Positions 26,305 to 37,298 of a DNA stretch of 64,000 nt are shown here, piece after piece; position 1 is the stretch's first letter; the number at the start of each line of letters is the position of its first letter. A program made the position numbers and the translations under genes. The notes beneath the pieces are model-generated. The model made no database searches, was not told the DNA's origin, and was given only the letters and a program-made list of their open reading frames with translations. The stretch is from Eledone cirrhosa (lineage: Eukaryota): the NCBI GenBank assembly GCA_964016885.1, contig OZ024741.1, positions 406,968,001 to 407,032,000 on the forward strand, written 5' to 3'.

Positions 26305-27606
26305 CAGGGTGGGGCATAATTCCTGTTACAAAGTTTTAAATCAATTTAAAAATACATTATGTTGCTAATATAACTAATATATTTGTATCAAATCCATGCA
26401 CTATAACCATATTAACTATTTTTCAGAACATTACTCCATTAACAATTTGCAATGTCCATAGAATTGAAAAGAAAGTTCATAATAGAGAAGCATGAAAAAG
26501 GCCTGACTCCACCCAAGATATTTAAACTGGGGAAAATTCTTAAGATCAATAGAATGTTGATCAAAAGGACAATCGATCGATTTAAGGAAACTTCCTCGAT
26601 CAAAGACAGACCTCGATCCAGACGCCCTCGCACCTCAAGAACACCAAAACTCGTTAAAAGTGTGAGGGAAAAAATAAGGCGTAATCCAAGAAGGTCCATG
26701 AGAAAATGGCAGAAGAAGCAGAAACGTCGCCGAGAACTATGCGGAGGATATGTCGAGATGATCTGGGGATGTCACCCTATAAGTTCCAAAAGAGGGAGCT
26801 TCTTTCTGCAGCCACAATTGAAAAGAGGCTCTCCAGAAGTAAACCGTTATTGAACTGTATCAAGGATGGCACGCTGCAAAACATCATCTTTACAGATGAG
26901 AAGTTATTCACTGTGCAGCAGTCTCAAAATCATCAAAATGATCGAGTACTTGCAAAAAGTCTCAAATCAATTCCTTCAAGTGTAGGAAAAGTGTTCAGAA
27001 CACAGAAACCAGCATCAGTGATGATTTGGGCAGCCATTTCTGAAAGAGGTAAGTCTCCTCTGATTTTTGTGCCTCAAGGAGTTAAAATTAACAAAGAACT
27101 TTACATAAAGGATATTTTTGAAGGAGCACTGATGCCATGGTGCATATCTGTTTATGGCGATGACATTTGGACTCTCCAACAAGATGGAGCGACGAGCCAC
27201 ACTGCTTGCATAACACAACAGTGGTGTAGAGACCATGTCCCGCATGGTTCAGTAAGGAAGAGTGGCCTCCCACATCACCAGATCTCAACCCTCTCGATTT
27301 TTCTTTATGGTCAATTCTTGAGAGTGAAACCTGCTCTACTCCGAGCCAAAATATTGAAACTCTAAAATCAAAACTGAATAAAGTATGGGAGAAAATACCC
27401 ATGGAAACTGTTCGTGCAGTCATCGAAGACTTTCCTAGAAGACTTCCAGCGGTGGTGAGAGTTAGAGGAAAGCATTTCGAATAAACTTTTGTGCAGTTGT
27501 TTAATAGTATATTACTTACTATTTGTTGAAGTCAGATCTTGAAATAAATGTTTTTTTCAAGAACTATTTGCATTTTATTTTGTAACAGTTTTTATGCCCC
27601 ACCCTG
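26305..27606 (+). mobile_element. Tc1/mariner DD37D (maT-type) transposon, full length
   Basis: TIRs CAGGGTGGGGCATAA...TGTTACAAA and TTTGTAACAG...TTATGCCCCACCCTG; TA flanks within (TA)n. Confidence 0.93.
26452..27484 (+). pseudogene. DD37D transposase with two frameshifts (near 26705 and 27240)
   Basis: IIFTDEKLF, VMIWAAIS, QQDGATSH, and shifted WPPTSPDLNPLDF; 37 residues between the 2nd and 3rd D after repair. Confidence 0.9.
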
Positions 27607-27659
<53 letters not shown>

Positions 27660-27666
<7 letters not shown>

Positions 27667-27877
27667 TAAGGTAAACGGAAATAACCACCCAATCGGTGCA
27701 GTATATGGAAGGAATATATTAGGTTAACGCTTGATATAGCAGGAAGAGGGTCTTAACGTTTCGGACGGTAGTCTTTCACCAGAAGAAAGAATGAGAAATA
27801 AGATAGATTGAGAGGAGGGGCGGGATGGAATTGGAAAAAATGTCTTTAGATAAAAATAACAATTCATGTTGACATCT

Positions 27878-27880
<3 letters not shown>
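27660..27880 (-). mobile_element. Family K copy 2 (HHR 27751..27786, core CTGGTGA)
   Basis: Reverse-complement homologue of 14842..15066. Confidence 0.75.
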
Positions 27881-27967
<87 letters not shown>

Positions 27968-28246
27968 TGTATCTCCAATCCAAGGTATGCTCCCTCCTGT
28001 TGGAGGAACTCCTACCAGGTTGGTGAGGGCATAGCTGGATATATATATATATTCATTTAGGTTTGTCGGTTCACCAGTGGATACAACTGGTCATTTCGTA
28101 TAGTCAACCTCAATGTAATATTAGGGAGAGCACTCGACGTAATGGAACTCACCCGTCTTCCTTTGTGTAGTTGGTGGTGCGAGTACGGAGTTAATTATTA
28201 TAAATTAACAGGAGGCTGGACTGGTGTAATTCCTCAAAGGTTTATT

Positions 28247-28304
28247 ATACTATGATCATTTCAGTGACCGGGTTCAGTATGAATCCGGTGATATCATCAG
28301 GTAT
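28247..28304 (-). ncRNA. Type I hammerhead ribozyme
   Basis: ATAC-CTGATGA-..ACCGGATTCA tac TGAACCCGGT..-GAAA-TGATCA-TA-GTAT; base of stem II imperfect. Confidence 0.75.
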
Positions 28305-28448
28305 TCCGAAATTTAACCAAGGAATATAATAGACACAATCCAAGGGGGCTGAAAAGCTAATTTTTGGCCGCCTTCTCGTCTCGAGCATCTCCCTCTGCTT
28401 TTCAGCCCGTTGGATTGTGTCTATTATATTCCTTTGTTAAATTTCGGA

Positions 28449-28506
28449 ATACCTGATGATGTCACCGGATTCACACTGAACCCGGTCATTGAAATGTTCA
28501 TAGTAT
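28449..28506 (+). ncRNA. Type I hammerhead ribozyme
   Basis: ATAC-CTGATGA-..ACCGGATTCA cac TGAACCCGGT..-GAAA-TGTTCA-TA-GTAT. Confidence 0.72.
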
Positions 28507-29134
28507 AATAAACTTTTAAGGAATTACACCAGTCCAGCCTCGTGTTATTTTGTTATATATATAAATATTTAGTTATATATATATATATTATTTATATTTA
28601 TATGGATGCTTGTGGGGCTTTGTTTTAATGTATGCATGTATGTATTTTGCCAATGTCTCTTTTGTTTAACTCTAAGAAGTGGCAGTACTTAGGAATGTGT
28701 TGGCCTCCACTATGTATGATACATGTATTTTCATGTATGTGTCTTGCCGTATTTCTGTTTACGGTTACTCTCCCATTATATTAGAGATTCTATAGAATAC
28801 GTACGGAGTCTGAAAAGATTAAGTACTCATCAATTTATTCCTTGAAGGTGGTGCTTAATGAGTGACATTTTTTGAAGGTGTTGTCAAATGGCTGAAACCA
28901 GTAAATTAAAAAAGAAAATATGTGCTTCATCTACATATACAGCCACGACATTTTTTTCGGCAGCTTGGAATGTTTATGGGACCAATCTTTACACTATTAA
29001 TATTTGCCTGTATTGTTATCGACCCGTCAGACATGGTTGAGTTTTAAGGGCATCGTTATGATATACGACGTTCCTTGGGCATTTAACCTTGCAGACCCAT
29101 TCAGGTTCGGAGTCAGAAGCCAGGATATTCTTGC

Positions 29135-29138
<4 letters not shown>

Positions 29139-29168
<30 letters not shown>

Positions 29169-29211
29169 AGAGAGAGAGAGAGGGGGGGGAGAGAGAGGAG
29201 GATAGAAGAGA

Positions 29212-29277
<66 letters not shown>

Positions 29278-29326
29278 GGAGGAGAGAGAGGAGGATAGAA
29301 GAGAAGAGTGAGAGAGAGAGAGAGAG
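29139..29326. repeat. (GA)n-rich microsatellite
   Basis: Direct reading. Confidence 0.9.
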
Positions 29327-29494
29327 GTTAGGAAGTAACAAAGAGATATAGAAGGTTCGACATTAGCTCGTATTTATCAATTTCTAAAAGACGAAATCCA
29401 AATCAACGTTGGTGGGATTTGAAATCTGAGACTGTAGATCCGGACCGAACACTGTGAAGCCTTCACTATAGCGTTCTAACGTGTCTGGCAACGT

Positions 29495-29654
29495 TAGGGT
29501 CAGCTGTAAAGTTTATAGTCTGACCAAGATACTCTCATGGAATGAACAAATGAGGTTCACTTTTCATCATAGTTATTAGTAAGAGTTGAAATTAATGCAT
29601 GCAAGATATCACAACTTCATATTCAACCTATCAAATTTTCAGTCGACCCTCGTA
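29495..29654. mobile_element. Mariner-type MITE (same family as 7752)
   Basis: AGGGTCAGCTG ... CAGTCGACCCTCGTA; shared internal sequence. Confidence 0.7.
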
Positions 29655-29780
29655 TTCTAAGATTTGCGGTATTTTGAAGAGAATTATGTTTTCACTCTTT
29701 TTACACGTTTTCTCTCGGGTTTTCTATAAACGTTTGGAGAGAGGTTGAGCCAAAATCTAAATATGACTAACTGGTATTAT

Positions 29781-30144
29781 TGTGGATTGGCAGTATCGGT
29801 AGAGGGTCGGACACCATGTTTTGCAGCATAGAGTTACAGACCATTATAGTCTGAGTTCAAATCCCACCAAAGTTAATTTGCCTTTCATCCATACGGGGTC
29901 GATAAAATAAAGTACCAGTAATACACTGAGTTAATTGCTGGCCTTGTGCCAAAAGTAGAAACAATTAGTGAAATAATTGGCTAGGGCGGTGGATTGGCAG
30001 TATCGGTAGAGGATCGGCTTTGGCGCATAGAGTTACGGCCCTTTCCATTCTGAGTTCAAATCCCGCCGAGATTAACTTAATAAAATAAGGTACCAGTAAT
30101 GCACTGGCAATTGTTGGCCTCGTACCAAAAGTAGAAACAATTAT
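29781..30144 (+). mobile_element. Two tandem SINE family A copies
   Basis: 29781..29966 and 29984..30144. Confidence 0.85.
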
Positions 30145-30588
30145 TGAAATAATAGTTTTTAATACTTGTTGATATCCTGTCTCAACAATATGTCTGATTT
30201 GAAACTGAAAACTTGTTTCCTATTGTAGTTCAACAATCTTTGGTAAAATCTAGTAAATAACCTAAACTGTAATAATGCTGCGAACATTCGCTGAAATATA
30301 TGTTAGAGATAAATAGCAAGTCACGAATTCATGAGTGATAACTAGTTAGAAATTCATTGTAATGTCAGTATCTCCTCAACCTATGTTCCTAATAGTCATT
30401 ATAGTTGATTTCACAAGTATTGTATGATATGATCTACAGGCGTCTAGACTCTTGATTATATTTCCTTATATTTACTCATGAATGGCACACCGAAGTATAA
30501 TGTAAATATCGTGACTAAACGGTGAGGTAACTCTCACATAAGTAGCTGTTAATTTGAGGAGTTATATTAAAATTGATTTATCAAGACG

Positions 30589-31008
30589 TACTCTCGGGTC
30601 CCAAATAATAGGGGAGTGGTGGAATAAACGGGGGGGGGTGAAATAAGCGTGGGCTGGGGGTCGAATGAACAGGGGGTTGGGAAATTGGTAACTGTTCTTG
30701 GTAGTCTACGTTAGTTTAAACAAAACCAGAATTAGTCGTTTAGTTTAGATATTGATACCCACTCCAACCCATCCTATTTATTTTATAACTTATGGCATTT
30801 CTAGTAATGTATTTTCTTGTCATGTATAATGTTTTTTAATGTATAAAGAAAATTAATTCTCACAGGAATGTTGCCACTTAAAATAAAAAAAATTGTCGGT
30901 GATAGATTAGCAAAATTTAATTAGTGGTGGAATAAGATTGGAGGCGGGGTGTGGAAAAAAATCCGAAAAATTAAGAAGTGGGGGTCGATTATTTGAGACC
31001 AGTGTGTA
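30589..31008. mobile_element. Degenerate TA-flanked MITE
   Basis: Imperfect TIR TACTCTCGGGTCCCAAATAAT / ATTATTTGAGACCAGTGTGTA. Confidence 0.55.
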
Positions 31009-31117
31009 TGACTAGAATCCACCGCAAGCTATTGGGTAATTTAATTACTATTGCAAGAATTTGGGGACATGCTCCCAATGAATGTTATCATCTCTTCCTC
31101 CCATTATTTGCAAAGTA

Positions 31118-31322
31118 GGCTGGTGGATAGGCAGTATCAGTAGAGCGTCGGACAACTTGCTTTGTGGCATATAGTTTCGGCCCTTTACATTCTGATATCA
31201 AATCCTGCCGAGGGTAACTTTGCCTTTCATCCTTACGGGGTCTTTAGAATAAAGCACCAGTAACGCACTGGGGTCGATTTAATCCAACATTCGTGGCCCT
31301 GCGCCTAAAACAGAAACCATTA
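31118..31322 (+). mobile_element. SINE family A
   Basis: Head, core and tail. Confidence 0.8.
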
Positions 31323-31532
31323 TGTAGAGAGGCAATAAAAAGGTTCATGTGCACAGCATTTCCGCTATTAGGAAAAACAGCATTATATTCCTGTTTATAA
31401 TATTGAAATATTCAGATTTTTACAACATTATATTGTTTATTTAGGGGTAATTTTGTCTTGAAGATAACCAATAGGGGTAAATAACTTCTCAGCTAACTAG
31501 TTACCTGTGTTTCATTTTATCTATAGACAATA

Positions 31533-31680
31533 GTGAAGGCGCATGGCCTAGTGGTTAGAGCATTGGGCTTGCAATCGAAAGGCTGTGAGTTCAATTCTCG
31601 GAGCGGGTGATGTGTTGTTTCCTTGAGCAAGTCACTTTATTTCACGTTGCTCCAGTTTACTCAGCTGTAGAAATGAGATG
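31533..31680 (+). mobile_element. tRNA-derived SINE family B
   Basis: A box TGGCCTAGTGG, B box GAGTTCAATTC, then CCTTGAGCAAGTCACTTT; related copies at 31837 and 46335. Confidence 0.75.
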
Positions 31681-31836
31681 ATAGGACTGGGGTCCCTATC
31701 ATTATACCTTATACGAGATATACCTTAGAGGAGGCCAGCTAAACCTGCCTAGGTAGAAGAATCAATTCTGGTATTCAGTGGTCTACAACTCTTAATAAAA
31801 ATATAATAGAATTATACTTGCGTTATTTCATTTTGG

Positions 31837-32130
31837 GTGAAGGTGTACGGCTTTATGGTTAGGGTATTCGACTCACAGTCTTAAGGTCGTGTGTTCGCTT
31901 TCTGGCGGCCTCTTGTGTCCTTCAGCAAGACACTTTATTTCACGTTGCTCCAATCCACTCAGCTAGCAAAATTGAGTTGTACTTGTAATTCGAAGGACCA
32001 GCCTTGTAACATTCTGAATCTTGTCACGTTGAATCTCCCTGAGAACTACGTTATAGGTACGCACTTTTGTGGAATGCTCAGTCACTTGCATGTTAATTTC
32101 ACGAGCAGGTTGTTCCGTTGATTGTAACCA
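31837..32130 (+). mobile_element. SINE family B
   Basis: Same head and CACTTTATTTCACGTTGCTCCA body. Confidence 0.7.
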
Positions 32131-32716
32131 ATGGAGTGCCAAGAAAAAATGTTACTTGTTATCCCTGCTGCCGATGTGGGAGTCTCTATGCGTTCAGTCG
32201 ACCTACTAGTCACAGCAGCTAAATCTTTCTGATATTCCCACCATATTAGTTAATATAAAGACGGCTACATTTTACAATATAATCATTTATATATGCAAAA
32301 TGCAATATGGTCACGTCTGGAGTACATCTGCTCATAGTTCTTGCTTTATCTGGGTTGACATGGAGCTTAGTAACAAGAAAACCAATAGCAAGAGCTGCTG
32401 TTTTTTATTTCTCTCTATCAACTGGAAATAAATGATTTTCTTTTTATATTTCTAATTATTGATAATGTGTGACCTTTGTCACAAAATAGCTTTGAAAGAT
32501 ATTATTTCTCAAATATATTAAGAGAAAAATATTGAAAATATAATATGAAAGGAGATGTGTAAATAGCTATGTTGTGCTATAGTAAGATGAAGGCGGGACT
32601 TAGACAACTAAATTAGGTATTATAATACCTTCGAACCACATCAAACGATATGTGACTGACACAGTTCAATCGATGTTGATTTGTATGATTTAGAGCTTCT
32701 CTAGTCTCCATATGTA

Positions 32717-32791
<75 letters not shown>

Positions 32792-33459
32792 CCTCTCTCT
32801 CTCTCTCTTGAGATCCAGATTTCCTTTTTGCTTTTCAAAATCATTACTTTCATAATCTGAAAGATCTGGCGATACCATTGTTATATTAATGTAATTCATG
32901 TTAAGAAATGTTTGATAACAGTTTAAAGAGAGTTTTTCTTTTAAAATGACACTTTACCGTATCTTGAATAAAGGTCCTCCAATGATGATGTCAATATAAT
33001 TTTGATCTTTCTTTCAATGTCATACGTAGAGCATTTGTCGATTTAGTCTTCAAAACTAAGGATAGTGACAGGTCACTGATTTCAATAGGATAATTATTGT
33101 AAGATGTCTCTAGAAACTAAACTATTTAAAGGACTGGAAACTTATAGACAATGTGAAGTGTTTTCCAATCATTAAGCCTCTGACAAATTCCGAGAGTAAC
33201 TTAATGAGAATCACATTAAACCAAATAACTTCGTTGCTTTGGGCGGACGCAAAACTTGTGTGAATAGCAAATTAAATGTGTTTCTTTCTTTTAAACATCG
33301 CAATTTTCTTTAATGGATGGAAGATCACAACCTTTGATCTTGTAACAATTAAGTTTACTCTCTTAAATTAGAATCCATGGACAGGTTTTCATTCATTTAA
33401 GACACATATATTTAAAACATGCTGTTTAATATTTAATAATTTCGTTGTTCTCATTCTAT

Positions 33460-33554
33460 ATATTTCTGTTAATTAGCATAGAATGGAAGCAACTAAAATC
33501 AGATGTAAGTTTCATGTAATTATACACACACACACACATACACACGCACACACG

Positions 33555-33600
<46 letters not shown>

Positions 33601-34501
33601 GGCTTAAAATTAAGAAGGAAGCAAGAACGGGTGGGGGGTGTTTCCTCATCAGTTGTCTACTGAGGGTCTCGGATATTTCAACGCTTTAAAGACAATATAT
33701 CTACCCACAAAGTGTTCAATAACTGGGTAAGTTATTGGGAAAACAACGAGGGACGGAAGGAAAATAGAAGGGAAAAGGGAAAAAAGGGAAGAAAAGAGAA
33801 AAACAGCGAAAAGAACAACAAATCGGAGAATGTGTGAGCAACTTCAGGTAAAAAAATCCAAGTCCACATCGGTGGCTGAACATAAGTTCTAGAGTGTGTG
33901 GACGAATGAAAAAGCCCGTCTGATGCCAGCGAGTGTAAGTGAGAAAGGGACTACTAGGGGGTCAGGCGAGGGAAACAATGAGGTGACTGGAAGAGTGAGA
34001 GGGAGAAAGGGAGAGGAAGAAAGAGAGGGAAGAGTAGGGCAACGAAATAGGTAGGTAGAAGGAGAGAGAAAACGGGTTACAGCGAAACATGATAAAATAA
34101 AAGGAGAATAGGATTGGTTGTGTAGTTGCTAGTTAAGTTAGGCTTGAAATTAAGAAGAAAGCAAGAACACATTGACAATGTGGTTATAGATAGACAACCG
34201 ATAGAATGGTTATGGCTAGAACGCTTTTAATTGTGGATCTAATTTAAAGTCTCACCTGTATTTAACCCTTCTATTTTCCTTCCCTCCCTCCTCCGTTTTC
34301 CCAATAACTTACCCAGTTATTGAACACTCTGGCGGTAGATACATTGTCTTTAAAGCGTTGAAATATCCGAGACCCCCAGTAGACAACTGATGAGGACCCC
34401 CCCCCCCCGCGCTCTTGCTTCTTTGTGCGTCTGTGTATAATTACATGAAACTTACATCTGATTTTAGTTGCTTCCATTCTATGCTAATTAACAGAAATAT
34501 A
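33460..34501. mobile_element. Fold-back element with ~235-bp inverted arms and a purine-rich spacer
   Basis: 33460..33771 versus 34266..34501, left arm interrupted by (CA)n(TA)n; 29-bp direct repeat at 33600 and 34140. Confidence 0.8.
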
Positions 34502-34946
34502 TTCAAACCGGCCATATCCAATCAGAATTTTCTCACCTCTTTCAGTCTTTCAGTTCAAATCGGACCTAACGAACCACTTATACCAATTGTTCTCAAAATA
34601 AATAATATTAAAATCTCATAGATTCGATATTATGTGAGGTTATATGTCAGATAAAGCCTTTACTGTGAAAATACAATAGGGAATATAGAGTAATGTGAAT
34701 GCTTAAACCATGTAACAATTCACTTTTCTCTTGATCTATCTCTTGTATATTCATCTTTAAATGTATGACCTAACTCTTTCATCCATAATGCACATTTCAC
34801 AAGTATTGATATATTAAACGTACATGAGATTTTTCAACAAACACTGTATTTTGCATGAATATTTATTATGTAGCCTATAGAGGCAACATGTTTCATCTTT
34901 TGACTTTAGCTTGAAGTGTTTTGCATTATTTATATTAAAATCCACT

Positions 34947-35143
34947 GGCGGTGGATTGGCAGTATCGGTAGAGGGTCGGACGCCATGCTTTGACGCATAG
35001 AGTTACGGCCCTTGCTATTCTGTGTTCAAATCCCGCCGAGGTTAACTTTGCCTTTCATCCTTACAGGGTCGATGAAATAAAGTACCAGTAATACACTGGT
35101 GTAATACATTTGGTGGCCTTGTGCCACAAGTAGAAACAATTAT
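34947..35143 (+). mobile_element. SINE family A, full length
   Basis: GGCGGTGGATTGGCAGTATCGG (A box), GTTCAAATCCC (B box), Nin/Deu-like core, GTAGAAACAATTATT tail. Confidence 0.88.
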
Positions 35144-35812
35144 TTATATTAAAATTTGAATTTCCACCTCGGAATTCGTATATTTACGACGCAATTTACA
35201 TTAGAATAAAAGTAATCATACTTTTCTGAAGTTCTGTTATTTCTTCACATGTCTCTCTTTCCCCACTTCTCTTATAATTATGTTTTTGTTTCCTTGTAAA
35301 CTATTATAGAAATAAACACGAAAGTCTTGAAAAAGTGATGAATTACAAAATATTATTTGATTTGAAATATACAATAAAGAGAAAATAAATCAATGATTCC
35401 TAAACGATGAACGAGAACCATATATATGAACAAATATAAAGAAAAAACGAAAAATGAAGTCTCGTCTTAAATAATTGATTTTTTAAGCAATACATTTTAT
35501 AATATTTAAGAGGAATATTTACATCCATCATAGACAACACCAGTTTTGTTATATTTTAAAATTATTGCTGCTTTCGAATATTTGATCAGTTCCTCTCCTT
35601 AGTGTATATGAAACAACGCAGTAACTTTTCCAGGATATAGTGGGGAAAAAATGACTGTCAAACTAGATTATTTCAAATTTGAAATGGCGGCCATCATTCT
35701 TTAACCGAACCATATCCTTTTAACCAATGGAAATTGAATGGCAACTGACATTTGAAAGCATGCTTTAACTTTGTTCAAAGGGTTTTCTTTTACTTTGCAC
35801 AGATTATCGATT

Positions 35813-35870
35813 TATCATCATCATCATCATCACAATCATCATCATCATCATCGTCAAAATCATCATCAGT

Positions 35871-35907
<37 letters not shown>

Positions 35908-35942
35908 CATCATCATCATCATCATCATTATCATCATCATCG

Positions 35943-36003
<61 letters not shown>

Positions 36004-36022
36004 TATTATTATTATTGTTATT
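35813..36022. repeat. (CAT)n/(ATT)n microsatellite
   Basis: Direct reading. Confidence 0.95.
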
Positions 36023-36413
36023 AATATTGTTAAATTTGTTCGTACTGATATTTAATGTAATGTAACAAAATGGCCGTTTAAAAATATTAAACGGAAAAGA
36101 AAACACGTATAGATTATTGTTCATTGAGATATTAAGATACTACTTTCAGAATTAAACGTTTTGTTTTATTTCTTGTTGTAATGTCATATATTGATATTAT
36201 AGTCGATATTGTTGGTGGTGTTGTTGTTGTTGTCGTTATGTTGAAGCATTTGTTACATTGTTGAAAGTCAACGTTATGTAATTCCATTGGTAGTTATACA
36301 ACAATCATTCACCACAAGAGACTACTGCTCTTGGTATACCTTATAAGTAATTGAATTTAGCAGCGAACACACACACACATACACACACACACGCACTCAC
36401 GTGTGCGTATATT

Positions 36414-36449
<36 letters not shown>

Positions 36450-37119
36450 AATATACACGGGTGTGTATGATTGCGTATAGAAGATTATATTAATAAAAGG
36501 AATTCCAACTTTGTCTGATCTGCTTGTTTTATTTACAATCCTTTAAAATTAAAATGATATTATAATGAAATAGTATGGTAGAATGAATATTACATGTTAA
36601 TGGAACAAGTACTTTCATGCTTTCGCAATCTTCAGGTTCATATTCAGTGGTGACAGTTAAGTTGGCAATTTTCAACTGTTGAAAATTGCAAACTTGACTG
36701 TCAACATATATCAGAGATTAAATGATATTGCTGATGTTATATGGTTACACTTGTTTAAATCTTTCATTCATAATATGTCAGCCATATTTTGTAAGTTTAA
36801 TCCCTGTTCCCATCAGGTATGACTGTTGCACATAGCACAGCAAATAGTTTATTGGAGTTAGAACTATTATTATAGTGTTTTACCGTAGGATATCATGATT
36901 CCACAGATATACTCCCTCGTGTTAAATAGAATTGTGAATAACAATAGTATTTTATGTTTTATCTTTAAGGGTTTCAGTCATTGAACATGATGCCAAACTG
37001 GGGTACAGTCTTATGGGTTACAGCCAATTTAATCGATCATCGTGAAAGTTGATTGGTACGTATTCAGTAATCAGAAGAAGGTGTAAAAGCCAAACTCGCT
37101 ATCTTCAATTCGACATTCA

Positions 37120-37295
37120 TGTCAACCCTTACCTAAGGTCATGAATCTTGGGTAACGACTGAAAGAATACGATCACTAATACAAGCAACAGAAATGGGGT
37201 TCCTCCGAAGGGTGTTTGGAGCAACGTTACTCGATAGGGTGTATAGCTCGGAGATGAGGAGATGAGAGAGTCATTCCAGGTAGAGCCGCTTGAAG
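37120..37295 (+). mobile_element. RTE-clade LINE ORF C-terminal fragment
   Basis: Translates LT*GHESWVTTERIRSLIQATEMGFLRRVFGATLLDRVYSSEMR, typical of RTE ORF C-termini. Confidence 0.75.
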
Positions 37296-37298
37296 GAT

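Larger units (their letters stand above)
28052..28551. mobile_element. Asymmetric fold-back element with an HHR on each arm
   Basis: Arms ~28202..28357 and 28398..28551, ~150-bp left extension, TA-run flanks. Confidence 0.82.

Noticed and set aside
31533-31610. tRNA gene
   Set aside because: A and B boxes are present but the acceptor stem does not pair, and the sequence continues into a repeated SINE body
34386-34465. CTGATGA...GAAACTTACATC as a complete hammerhead
   Set aside because: Stems I and II cannot be formed
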